A stretch of 64,000 nt of DNA from positions 43,958,001 through 44,022,000 of the forward strand of contig OX597818.1 of assembly GCA_951406725.2 (NCBI GenBank), given 5' to 3'. Positions 52,837-64,000 of this stretch are shown piece by piece; the stretch's first letter is position 1; each line of letters opens with the position of its first letter. The position numbers were made by a program, and so were the translations under genes. The DNA is from Octopus vulgaris (taxonomy: Eukaryota). The notes under the pieces are model-generated. The model did not search any database. It had not been told where the DNA came from and saw nothing but the letters and a program-made list of their open reading frames with translations.

Positions 52837-54051
52837 TTGGGTCATCTCATAAATAATGCGGTTTTTTCAATTGCATGAACTAAAAGTCAGCAGGGGACAG
52901 GATAAACTACCTGCATCAGCTTACTATAAAAGCAGGTAGTAATTTTACTTTGTGTTTATTCTTAGTGCAAGTTTTGGAGAGTACAGTTCGATTTTAACAG
53001 TTATTTTTTCAAAGCTATAATGGAAGTGACAAAGGGGTGTATTCGGCACATGCAATGCAATGGAAAATGTGAGGAATATCAATGCAGTATATGGGGATTG
53101 GACAATATGCGTAAGCTAGTGTCAACGGTGGTTTCAGAAGTTCCAAGCTGGAAACTATAGCCTAGAAGATGAGCTTTTTCCTGTTAGCTTGAAGAGGAAA
53201 TCCTGCAAATCCTGGTGGAACAAAATCCTATTGTAACTGTGGAGGAACTAGCAGAAAAGCTTGGATTTGGTCATTCAACTATTCATTGACACCTGTGTAC
53301 CATCGAAAAAGTCAGCAAATTGGGTCAATAGGTTCCTCATAAACTTTCCGAGTCTAATCGCGTGCAGAGAGTGAATGTGTACTTTTCTTTGCTGTCACGT
53401 CTCACCAATGAATCTATTTTGGACTGAATAGTGACTGGTAATGAAAAATAGATTCTCTATATAAAGACAGTGGGTAGGGAAAGAAGAAACACAGGCACCC
53501 TGGCTAAACAAGGTCTTCACCTATGTAAGGTGATGTTATCTGTTTGGTGGGGATATGAAACGTTTAGTCCACTTCGAATTTTTAAACTCAAACCAAATGA
53601 TAACACAAGGGATCTACTGTGAGCAGCTTGAGTGGCTTAAATCAGTTCCAGTAGAAAAACGACCTTCTTTGGTTTCAAGACAAAAAGTGTTCTTCCATCA
53701 GGATAATACTCAGCCACATACAGCAAGGATGACATTCCAAAGGCTGGAGCAGTTTGGTTGGGAAACGATGCCCCATCCACCATATTCGCTGGACATTGCC
53801 ATATGTGATTATCATTTATTCCACAGTCTTCAAAATCATTTAGAGTGGAAAAAACATGAATTCTGTAGATGAGGTCAGTACCCGAGGAGTATTTTTCTTC
53901 AAGGACAAGTGAATTTTGCAAGTCTACCAGACAGATGGAAGAGTATTGTAGAAAATGAAGGAGAGTATATTTCAGATTAAAAAGAACTTTATCTTAGTTT
54001 TGAAAAATAAAAGAAGTATAAAAAAACTGCAATATTTATGGGCTGATCCAA
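52837..54051 (+). mobile_element. mariner (DD34D) transposon, near full length, degenerate
   Basis: TA-flanked TIRs TTGGGTCATCTCATAAATAATGCGGTTTTTT / AAAAAACTGCAATATTTATGGGCTGATCCAA; motifs *VPHKL, IVTGNEK, FHQDNTQPH, HPPYSLDIAICDYHLF. Confidence 0.93.
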
Positions 54052-54194
54052 TATATATATATGGGTAGGTATTGTAGGAGATACTTGTCCAAGGTGCTTT
54101 CAGCATTTATCATATGTCCATGAATGTTCTGTTCATCATTCTTTCCCTTCAACACATCACCAACCTACTGACCATCACATGTTGCAAGTGCGAG

Positions 54195-54493
54195 TTTGTT
54201 CCTTCTAGAGCCATGCCTGGTTCATAAGGGCCGGTTTCCTGGTTTCTTGGCGTATAGGTTCCCCACCTGGACGGGACGCCGGTCCGTCGCAGATGAGCTG
54301 CAAGATGCAGGAGGAAAGAGTGAGAGAAAGCTGTGGCGAAAGAGTCAGCAGAAGTTCGCCATTACTTTCTGCCGGAGCCGCGTAGAGCTTAGGTGTTTCG
54401 CTCATAAACACACACATCACCCAGTCTGAGATTCGAACCCGTGATCCCTCGACCGCGAGTCCGCTGCTCTAACCACTAGGCCATGTACCTCCA
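54195..54493 (-). mobile_element. tRNA-derived SINE family D
   Basis: Reverse complement GGAGGTACATGGCCTAGTGGTTAGAGCAGCGGACTCGCGG...GGGTTCGAATCTC; CpG-rich, young. Confidence 0.85.
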
Positions 54494-54837
54494 CTTGACC
54501 ATCATAATCAACAACACTCACTCTCCTATGTATAATAAAACTTTTTATTCCACTCTACCTTTCCCTGTTCATGAATTGAACTTGGTACATTTTTTTTAAG
54601 CCTGATATTCTTTCTGTTGGACTCTTTTGCCAAACTGCTGAGTCAAAGGTACGTAAATATACCAATACTGGATGTCAAGCAAGCAATTTAGATACCACAT
54701 ACCAATCTGCATTGATTCTATAAATACAAACCTCAAAAACACCTTCCAATCGGGAGATACCAAACTTGTTTCTTTCACCCGTATAAACAAAGCAACAATA
54801 AATAAAAACAAATTCCACCTCATTTCCACAACAAATG

Positions 54838-55040
54838 GATAAAGAAGTGCCGAGAGATCCAAAGTGGAAGGGAACTGTAGGAGAGGAAGACCAAAGAAGA
54901 CATGGGCAGAAGTGGTGAAAGCTGGTCTTAAGATACTGAGCCTAACAAAGGCGATGACAAAAAGAATCAAAGCAGAGGCTGTGTTGGAAAACACCCATCC
55001 AACTTATTCAAGTAGGGAAAAATTGACATAAAAATCATGA
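54838..55040 (+). mobile_element. RTE-clade LINE extreme 3' end
   Basis: VEGNCRRGRPKKTWAEVVKAGLKILSL (RGRP..W motif), then CCATCCAACTTATTCAAGTAGGGAAAAATTGACATAAAAATCATGA tail. Confidence 0.75.
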
Positions 55041-55612
55041 GGTCGATAGGATAAAATCTCATATTAAAATGGTGAGCTGAAAAACTTCAATTTACAAAGA
55101 ATAATTTGTCAACAGGTCGACAGTAAAAATCCAGAAAACAAAATGCAAGGGAGATAACTCCAGCACTATAAAGATAATCCAAGTTTTCGAAAACAAAGAC
55201 AGTAAAATAAAAAAAAAAGTAACGAAATTATTGTGTATAGTGTTCAGGTGCATGTACAGTACATAGAATTATGTACGAAAGTCAGAAAAGTGAACAGTGT
55301 ATGAGTCATAATATACATGTGTGCATGCGTATGGAGGTAGGGACATCACAGGTGTAGTTTTGGCGAATTTCTGGAGGCATGGCAGATTAAAATTTCCCTT
55401 TCCAGGGCTAAAAAATGCCTTTTGTCCTACACAGTTACTGTCCCTCTACAAGAACTGATTAAAAATCATTAAAAATCCACAAACATCAAAAACAAAGCCA
55501 TTTATGTGAATAGCGAAAAGCCACTTGTCAACAAGCTACAACCACTCTCTCGTAGAGGCAATGTAAGAGTGGATAATGATGAAATTAAGGATTAAAATTA
55601 AATCAACCTTAC

Positions 55613-55755
55613 CTTATGCCCATATAAAGTGCTGAAATGGTTATTCCGGAAGAAAACACAGAGCTCTCCTTCTTTGACGGTGCTATTTAATTCACAGAGT
55701 CCATGGTATGTCAACTGAGAAGCTGTCTTTTCTAAAAAGGTTTCTGCTATTAATG
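55613..55755 (-). CDS. MINDY1: MINDY1/2 deubiquitinase exon (catalytic His)
   Basis: Acceptor TTCTTATAG, donor AAG|GTAAGG; (A)LIAETFLEKTASQLTYHGLCELNSTVKEGELCVFFRNNHFSTLYGHK; phase 1->0. Confidence 0.93.
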
Positions 55756-55852
55756 CTATAAGAATTTGATAAAAGAAAAACAATAAAAGTTTAATTTGTT
55801 TTGGAAATGATGACATAATAATGACATGAACAAAATATCACATGCAAAATTT

Positions 55853-55916
<64 letters not shown>

Positions 55917-56056
55917 CAGGCTAAGTAAAAAATAAGCAACATTTTGTTAATTTATCTAAAAAATTTACCTAAAAAAAGATAAAAGACAACAAAAGAAGCT
56001 ATAAAACCAATTTAATGAAACAATAAGCTATTAAGAAATCGTCAACAAGAGAAATA

Positions 56057-57316
56057 TCAGGCTGAGTCAAAAATAAGCAACGTTTTGAAACATGAAATTC
56101 ATCACAATATATTTCAACAATGCGGAAATTTTATTCATCAAAGTACCATTACAATCAACACACTTTTGCCAACGAGTTACAAGTTTGTTTATTCTGGTAA
56201 CATAAAAATCTGGAGTTCTGGAGCTGATGAATTCTTTGAATGCACTTTCAGCATCGCTTTGATTTTTGAGCTCCTTCATTCGCAGGAAACCATGAAGATG
56301 CTTCAAAAAATGGTTGTCAGTAGGAGGAAGGCCTAGGGTGGGGAAGAACTTTGTAGCCAAGTCCCCTCAACTTCTGGAGTGTCATTAGTGAAACGTGTGG
56401 TTGAGCATTGTCATGAAGAATGATTGGCCCTCTTCTGGGATGGAGGAGTAGCAGTTTTTCATTCATTTTGGCAATTTCATGACAATGTTTCTGCAGTAAT
56501 GGTTTTTATGAGGTTTAAGAAGTTATAGTGGATGAATCCAGCAGTACACCACCAAACAGTCATCATAACCTTCTTTTTGAAGAGCTTGGGTTTAGGGAAG
56601 GTTTTTAGTGCTTCATTTTGGTCAAACCACTGCGAAGAACGTTTTTTATTATGGTACAGAATTCACTTTTCATCACAAGTTACAATACAGTTGAGAAATG
56701 GATCGGTCTGGTTATGGAGAAGAAGTGATGGGCAAATTTCATTTTATGTGCATTTTCTGATTTTCATTCAAATTGTGTGGTACCCATTTGTCGAGCTTTT
56801 TTGATTTTCCATTTACATGCAAATGGTTGCAGGCAATTTTCTGGCTAACTTGAAGTTCTGCTGCCAGTTCTCAAGTGGTTTTACGGGGATCTTTCTCAAT
56901 GACGGTCTTTAATTGACCGTCATCGATGACAGATGGGCATCTACTATGCTCACAATCTTCAAGGCTCAAGTCTCCACTGTGAAATCGTTTAAACCATTTT
57001 CGAGCTGACCACTCACTGGTTATTTCCTCACCAAGCATTTCATTGATATCACAAGCAGTTTCAGCTACTTTACGTCCTTTTTTTGAAATTGAATAGCAAA
57101 ATTGCTCGAATATTGCTCTTAGACAGTTCCGTTTCAGATGATTGTAACAACGGTGAAAAAAATATCAAAGTTAATTTATTGATGCATTTGGGCAAGTCTT
57201 TATCTGTATTATCAGACAATTGCAAAAAAAAATGCTTATAACGATTCAAAACTCTGCAAAAATTCAGTATAAATTCTTCATTGTTCAAAACGTTGCATAC
57301 TTTTTACTCAATCTGA
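56057..57316 (-). mobile_element. mariner transposon, near full length, degenerate
   Basis: TA-flanked TIRs TCAGGCTGAGTCAAAAATAAGCAACGTTTTGAA / TTCAAAACGTTGCATACTTTTTACTCAATCTGA; minus-strand KWVPHNL, VTCDEK*ILY, LHDNAQPH, KLVTRWQKCV. Confidence 0.92.
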
Positions 57317-57462
57317 TATCATCATCATCATCATCATTGTTTAACGTCCGCTTTCCATGCTAGCATGGGTTGGACGATTTGATTGAGGACTGGCGAACCA
57401 GATGGCTGCACCAGGCTCCAATCTGATATATATATATATATACACGCACACACACACACACA

Positions 57463-57499
<37 letters not shown>

Positions 57500-57890
57500 A
57501 CAAAAATACGTACAGAAAATAAAATCACATCTTTAATTGTAGAATTTCACCTTGTAAAGATGGCAATTATTTATATTGTGTTAACATATCTAAATATAGG
57601 AAATAACAGTAAAATGAATATCTCAAAATCTAAATATGTTAACATAAACAATCGTCAGCTTTGTAAGGTAAATTCTACAATTAAAGATGTGATTTTCTCT
57701 ATACATATTTTTGCTATGTAATACTCTGAATTTCCCAAAATTCTTCTAAATGATATTTGGATCTACTTGTCATACATGAAGAATCGCCTTGGATTTGTTG
57801 GTGTCTGATTGTTGGATATGGTTACCCAGATTTGTTTAGGGCTGAGTGCTTTAAAGATATCTGCCTGGATTTTTAAACCCATTTTTTTTC

Positions 57891-57931
<41 letters not shown>

Positions 57932-58654
57932 CGCTTAAAAGTGGATGTTATGTTTGTGATAGGTACATTGAGAGAAACTCTCATATTGGCTTTTAGTGCA
58001 CATAAACATTCTTGTTTACAACACAAGTAAGGAGATAAATCACCTGCCATCACTACTGCCAAGACTACCAGATCATGTGATTTCAGCCTTCCCTGGCCTT
58101 GTCAATGCTATATGTTTAGATGCTGGAGATAGTAATGAACACAAGTGGGGACTAATACAACCATTTGGTGTTGATATGCTTCTGTTGCTAATAATTATTT
58201 TATATATATATTGAATTTGGCGGCACTAGCACTGAATATGATCTGTCTGATACCGTTAGCTGGAGAGATATATTCCTGTACCTTCGAATTTAATATTTAA
58301 TATTGTTGGAATCCCACGCTGATGTGTCGAAAATGGTTGGGTAAAGTATAATTCTATATTCTTTATACCGATCTAATTCCGAAACGCGTGTACATAGGTA
58401 ACCAAATATGGATTGATTTTCGTTATTTTTCCTCTTTGCCTGCATAGATTGTTTTCAAGTACTTTGGTTTTTCTGGGAGTCCCTTTTAAAGTAGAAGAAA
58501 TAGCTAAGGTTTTTTGACTGCTATTTCTAAACTTCGGTATGTGGTGAAGCAAATCTTTGCTGAATCCTAATTATAAAGTATATATATATATAATTAAAAA
58601 ACAGCACAAGGTAAATCTGAAGGTGGATGAGCTCTGAACTGTACTGTATTACGT

Positions 58655-58913
58655 TCTGCCAGACTGGCTCCCATGCCAGTGGCATGTAAAAAGCATCATT
58701 CAAGTGTGGTCGATGCCAGTACCGTGTGACTGGCCCTTGTGCTGGTGGAACGTAAAAAGCACCCACTACACTCTCAGAGTGGTTGGCGTTAGGAAGGGCA
58801 TCCAGATCAGATTGGTGCCTGGTACAGCCTTCTGGCTGCCAGTTCTCAGTCAAACGGTCCAACTCATGCCAGCATGGAAAGCGGATATTAAACGATGATG
58901 ATGATGATGATGA
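58655..58913 (+). mobile_element. SINE family B 3' part
   Basis: Modules and (GAT)n tail. Confidence 0.82.
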
Positions 58914-59852
58914 CACACACACTCACTAGAGTATTGTCATGTGATGAGTAAATTTGGAAGTATTCTTTTTTGCCACCATAGGTAATAACAGAAGATATGG
59001 CATACATATAATAGTTATAATTTAATTTTCATCTAATTTCTAAGGGCTTATAAAAATTCTGCCCAAGGTCAACTGTGACTTACATCCTTTTTAAATCCGA
59101 GAACTGAGGTTGGTGTAATTGACTTATCCCCTCCTCCAGAATTGTTGGCCTTGTGACAAAATTTGAAATCAATATTGTTCTCTCCATTCACACATTACAA
59201 CGATTCCCTTCCTGAACCTCCAAATCTCACTTCATGCACTATGCTTACCCCTCTCTCTCTCTCACCACTCATGCAGTCAACCCAACCACATGTCATCTTT
59301 CTCTCTCCCTTCTCCTATCCACTATATCATTGTTACTATCCTGTTGCCCCACCCTGCTCTCTTCTGCATCCCTCTACCTCCCCCCAATTCATGCATCATT
59401 GGTCTTCCTCTATCTCTTACCCACCACTCACTTCATCCACTTTCAACCCTACCCAGTCTTTACAGTTGTTACCTATCTTCATGTCATTATAATCTTGTTG
59501 CTCTGACCACCACCACCATCATCATCATCATCATCTAGCATCTGTTTTCCATGCTGGCATAGGCTGGACAGTTTAACAGGAGCTGGTGAGCCAGAGGACA
59601 GCACAAAACTCCACAGATGACATGAAACATGAGTGGGTGTAGTGCAAGAGAGATTCTCTGTGCCAGGGAGAAAGTCCGTAGTACACAATTGTGGAAATAG
59701 AGGGAGCAAAGAGAGTTAATGGGGGAGGGCTACTGTTGGCAAAATAGTGGTGTGTGTACATTAAAAAGCTATAGCAGAATCAGGAAATACACTGACAAAA
59801 TGTTTCAGAGATATTTTAAAGGTCCATAAAAATCAATCCTACACAACCACGT

Positions 59853-60260
59853 AGGTGTGACTGTGTGGTAAGTAGCTTGCTTACCAACCACATGATTCTG
59901 GGTTCAGTCCCACTGTGTGGCACCTTGGGCAAGTGTCTTCTACTATAGCCTCGGGCCAACCAAAGCCTTGTGAGTGGATTTGGTAAACGGAAACTGAAAG
60001 AAGCCCATCGTATATATCTATAAATATATGTATGTGTGTATATGTGTGTATATATGTGTCTGTGTTTGACCCCCCAACATCGCTTGACAACCAGTGCTGG
60101 TGTGTTTATGCCCCCATAACTTAGCAGTTCGGCAAAAGAGACCGTTAGTTTAAGTACTAGGCTCACAAAGTATAAGTCCTGAGGTTGATTTGCTCGACTA
60201 AAGGTGGTGCTACAGCATGGCCACAGTCAAATGACTGAAACAAGTAAAAGAGTAAAGAGT
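59853..60260 (+). mobile_element. SINE family A
   Basis: Full head and tail. Confidence 0.9.
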
Positions 60261-60473
60261 AACCATATCATTGATTTATTGTCTATTTTTTTCAGTATTG
60301 GTATTGGTTGGATAAGGTCTCACACTTGTACATCTCCTATTGCTTCTATTTTGCATTGTGTACATGTAAGCATATGTCAAATGTATTTGCTATTTTAATT
60401 ATAAATAATAGCATACAAAAGAGAAGTACAATTATTAGGATAATAATTTATTGGGTAATGTGTTCAAACTCAC

Positions 60474-60664
60474 CTTCAGTAATCTGTTCATTGCTGTCTG
60501 AATTCTTCTGTACAATTATTTTTTCTACAAGCTGATTGTAACTGCATTTACCTATAGCAGATACTACTTCATGTGACTGTGGATCAACTAACCAACCATG
60601 ATATAAAGAGATACCCAGCAAATCGAAGATGATATATTCTGGAGTGATTTCAAAATCTTGTACA
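60474..60664 (-). CDS. MINDY1: MINDY1/2 deubiquitinase exon
   Basis: Acceptor TTTCATTTCTTTCAG, donor AAG|GTGAGT; VQDFEITPEYIIFDLLGISLYHGWLVDPQSHEVVSAIGKCSYNQLVEKIIVQKNSDSNEQITE; phase 2->1. Confidence 0.93.
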
Positions 60665-61735
60665 CTGAAAGAAATGAAATATGTGAAAGTAGAGAAGCCA
60701 ACAGAAGATATTTATATAAATCCATTTATCTGTTTGTTAAAAGGACTTGTCAATTTCAAAAGTAAAATTGATAGAAGAATAGAAAGAATAGTTTTATGAG
60801 AGACATTTATATGGTAATCATTATTATACTAGAGGATTCTTATAGCCATATCGGAAGACATTTGGACACATACTTTTGTGTGCTACTGATAAAAATATAG
60901 CAAGAAAAAAAAACCAAACAGGTCTCCTGATGTGACATAAATCATAGAATAACCCATCCTTCTATGATAAATGACAAAGAAATTATATTATGGAGAGAAA
61001 ATAGCTGGACAAACTAGAATATCTAATTTCGTAAGAGGAAAGGCAGGCACTCTGGTCACTTGACAAGTAATAGATATGTGGTTCGAGGGGACCTATTTCT
61101 CTTTTGTGTCTCAAATTAGGACTCATAATGTTTAATATCATTTACATTAAAAGCGAATCAGCTAATTCATTAGGCACAAAAATCATTTGTGATATAAATT
61201 AGTTTACTCTGTCAAACCAGGAAACTGATTATATGCTGGTCATGAGGAACTTTGCACTCACCAGAAAATAAGTTATGAACCAAATACCTATATCTGAAAA
61301 AACAATCCATCCAACCCATGCCAACAGGGAAAATGGACATCAGATGATGATAATGATAATGATGATGTATGTTCCTCAAAAGACTGATTAAGAGTTCAGC
61401 ATAGTCAGGTCGAAACTCATGAAGGTAGAACTATATCATGGACAAAAAGGAGTGAATGGAGAGGGAACAAATACCAGAGATGTTCATTCATATCACAAGT
61501 TCATACCAATATATTTGTCTCAATAGTTGATACCTTTAATACTTGGCTGCTTTCTCAAAGTGTTCTGGATTAAACAAAATATAGCCTCACCTAACATATA
61601 AAACAACAAAATAACAACTGACTAATACTAGTTTGAGATCATGATTCTTCAATTGTTATATTTTCAAGTTTACTCTTTCTACAGATTACAATTCTGAAAC
61701 TGCTTTAGAGTAAATATATCTTCTATAAAATTGAA

Positions 61736-61945
61736 ATGGCGAGCTGGCAGAATTGATATCATGCTGGACAAAATTCTTAGTGGCATTTCTTCCAGCATTT
61801 TATGTTTGGAGTTCAAATGTCATCAAGGAAAACATTGCCTTTCATTCTTTCAGGGTTGATAAAATAAAGTACCAGTTGAATACTGGGAGTCATGTAATCA
61901 ACTCCTTTCCCAGAAAATTGCTGAACTTGCACAAAAATTAGAAAG
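61736..61945 (+). mobile_element. SINE family C, diverged
   Basis: GGCGAGCTGGCAGAA head and GCCTTTCATTCTTTCAGGGTTGATAAAATAAAGTACCAG core. Confidence 0.75.
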
Positions 61946-61993
61946 AATTTCTTATATAAAATTAATTAGTTTTTATAATGGTAGCTAGCTTAC

Positions 61994-62100
61994 CCTTTAA
62001 AACCAACATTGACATCCAATCCAGTTTGCAATTTGTGGACCACTGCCATACCATCCTGCATGTTTTGTTGGTAATTTAACCGATCAGCTTCTGAGGCTGT
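61994..62100 (-). CDS. MINDY1: MINDY1/2 deubiquitinase exon
   Basis: Acceptor TTTTTCCTTTATGAACAG, donor AGG|GTAAGC; TASEADRLNYQQNMQDGMAVVHKLQTGLDVNVGFK(G); phase 0->2. Confidence 0.93.
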
Positions 62101-63259
62101 CTGTTCATAAAGGAAAAAGACAATAAGATTTCAACATTCAGAAACACTCTCTAAGAATAAATTTTAAAATTGTAAAGGTTATTATTAGAACAGTGAATTG
62201 ACAGAAGTATCAGAGTAAATTCCTTGTGGTATTTAGTTCTATTTAGACATTAGTGTTTTAAGTTCAAGTCCTTCCAGTGAAGACTGTCTTGATCAACTTT
62301 CTAGGATTGACAAATTTGTTTACAATAACCAAATCAATTGATCTGAATAAATTCATGGTTTTTTTATATAAAGTTGTTTCCTCTAAGTCAGTTCTGACTA
62401 AGAAGAGACATTCCTCAAAGGCCTTCCAGCTGTGAATATTAGACCTTTATTTCAGATATTGTAAATCTAGGGTATTATCTGAAGGAGATTTGGGTACTAT
62501 TTCTAATGAGTAGAGCAATTACATAGAAGATCTGTCATACAGTTGTCAATGTTCAGTTTTATGAAATGCCATTGATATAAAAAGGTCCTGCTTGGCAAAT
62601 CAAGAATTTTAAACCTGTTTAATTTGATTTGATTCTTCTATAACAGCAATTCAAACTTTATTCAATATTTCTTTATAAGCACATGCCACTGTAAGATTGT
62701 TTATATAATAATTGTTCTTAGTTCATACTTTCAATTATATTTTATATGAAAATGCAAATTTAATTTCTGAATTAAAGTGGAAGACTAAATCTAATCAATA
62801 ATCAATAGACCAAATACATGTATAACACAAGTTAATAATTGCATATAAATTCATGCATATGAATATATTTTCCAATTTACTTGTCAGAAACCAGAAACAT
62901 TATGTAAATTTAGCACAATTAAGATGGAATACTCTAAGGAATATTAATTACATAAACTTGAAACTGGAGAAATTCCTGTTCATCAATACCATTATCTTGG
63001 AATATATATAAACTAAAAGCTTTAAGCATCAGATCAAATTAAATTAAAAACTTTAATTTTGCACAAATCTCGTGAAACCTAATCTGAATATAATTTGAAT
63101 TTAACTTAAAGAATGAGTTTAAATAACAAACTGTGAGGTTTTAAGAACAGTTTCTTTCATTAAGAAGAACAGTCAATGCATAAAATAAGAGAAAAAAATG
63201 ATTCTTGGAAGTTTGGGAGTTAAAACTGGAAAGAACCTTTTATATTTTAAATGATTTTT

Positions 63260-63462
63260 AAGGCGATGAGCTGGCAGAAACGTTAGCATTCTGGGCAAAA
63301 TGCTTAGCAGTATTTCGTCGGCCGCAACGTTCTGAGTTCAGATTCTGCCGGGGTCGACTTCCCCTTTCATCCTTTTGGAGTCGCTATAATTGACTTAATC
63401 CGTTTGTCTGTCCTTGTTTGTCCTCTCTGTGTTTAGCCCCTTGTGGGCAGTAAAGAAATAGG
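63260..63462 (+). mobile_element. SINE family C
   Basis: Near-identical to 30447-30680 with an internal deletion; a second, older copy follows at about 63470-63620. Confidence 0.85.
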
Positions 63463-63710
63463 AATTTCACCTATTTTTACATTCTGAATTCAAAAGCCAC
63501 TGAGGTTGATTTTGCCTTGCTTCCTTTTGGGAATGATAAAATAAAGTACCAGTTGCTTACTTGAGTTGTTGGTATCAACTAGCCCCTTCCCCCTAAATTT
63601 CAGGCCTTGTGCCTAAATGTCAATAATAATAGAAAAAAAAAGCAACAACAAAAATAAGAAAAAAATTTATGAATTGAAAGAGAGAAAATAGTTTTTTTTT
63701 TTCTGCTTAC

Positions 63711-64000
63711 CTTAGGAACATTTTGCAGGATGCATTCACCTAAGTGATCCATAAGTTGTTCTGAAGTAATTAATTCTGAAGTAGAATCCAGAGTTACTCG
63801 CCCTTGTAGCAACAATACATTCATTATTGCCAGCAACGGGCATGGACCATTTTCATTTTGAGTAATAATGGGTACCTTTTGTGATTGAAAATGAATCCAT
63901 TTTATATGGTAAATACTCTGCACAGAAGATGAGCCATCTAGGGCAATTTTAGATAAACCTTGTCCATTCTCACTGTCAGCAGTTTCTATAGGGATACCGT
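63711..64000 (-). CDS. MINDY1: MINDY1/2 (FAM63A/B) K48-specific deubiquitinase exon with catalytic Cys; continues beyond the window
   Basis: Open to the window edge: GIPIETADSENGQGLSKIALDGSSSVQSIYHIKWIHFQSQKVPIITQNENGPCPLLAIMNVLLL...GECILQNVPK; donor AAG|GTAAGC; phase 0. Confidence 0.95.

Noticed and set aside
58315-58400. Hammerhead-ribozyme-like motif (CTGATGT...imperfect hairpin...CGAAACGCGTG), as seen in Penelope elements
   Set aside because: Core deviates (CUGAUGU, cleavage triplet GUG) and no stem I pairing was found; at most a dead relic.
59163-59538. Pro/Ser/Leu-rich ORFs in three frames
   Set aside because: Pyrimidine-rich low-complexity sequence lacking stops by composition.
1773-60398. 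Numerous similar ORFs such as RRHLPKVP..GTEPGTMWLVSKLL and LDALPNANHS..VVGAFY
   Set aside because: Translations of SINE A and SINE B copies, not a protein family.

Overview
AT-rich animal genomic DNA, very probably an octopus (inferred from the dense tRNA-derived SINE families and (TA)n/(CA)n/(GAT)n microsatellites). Most ORFs in the supplied track are repeat artefacts. Two spliced genes can be reconstructed by hand. (1) On the minus strand, four coding exons of a MINDY1/2 (FAM63A/B) deubiquitinase (64000->55613), including the catalytic NGPCPL Cys and NNHF His motifs. I could not find its next conserved exon anywhere to the left. (2) On the plus strand, a four-exon gene that the ORF track does not resolve (20135-44803, 150 aa): signal peptide, Cys-rich domain with C-x8-C-x7-C-x26-C spacing, and a GPI-anchor-like tail, i.e. 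a neuritin/CPG15-like architecture. It probably lies nested antisense in a large MINDY intron. The rest is decayed mobile DNA: three mariner elements, a Tc1, a CR1/L2-group LINE, RTE and R4/Dong fragments, piggyBac- and hAT-type MITEs, and several modular SINE families whose tails match LINE 3' ends in the same window. Repeat boundaries are approximate unless TIRs or TSDs are quoted.
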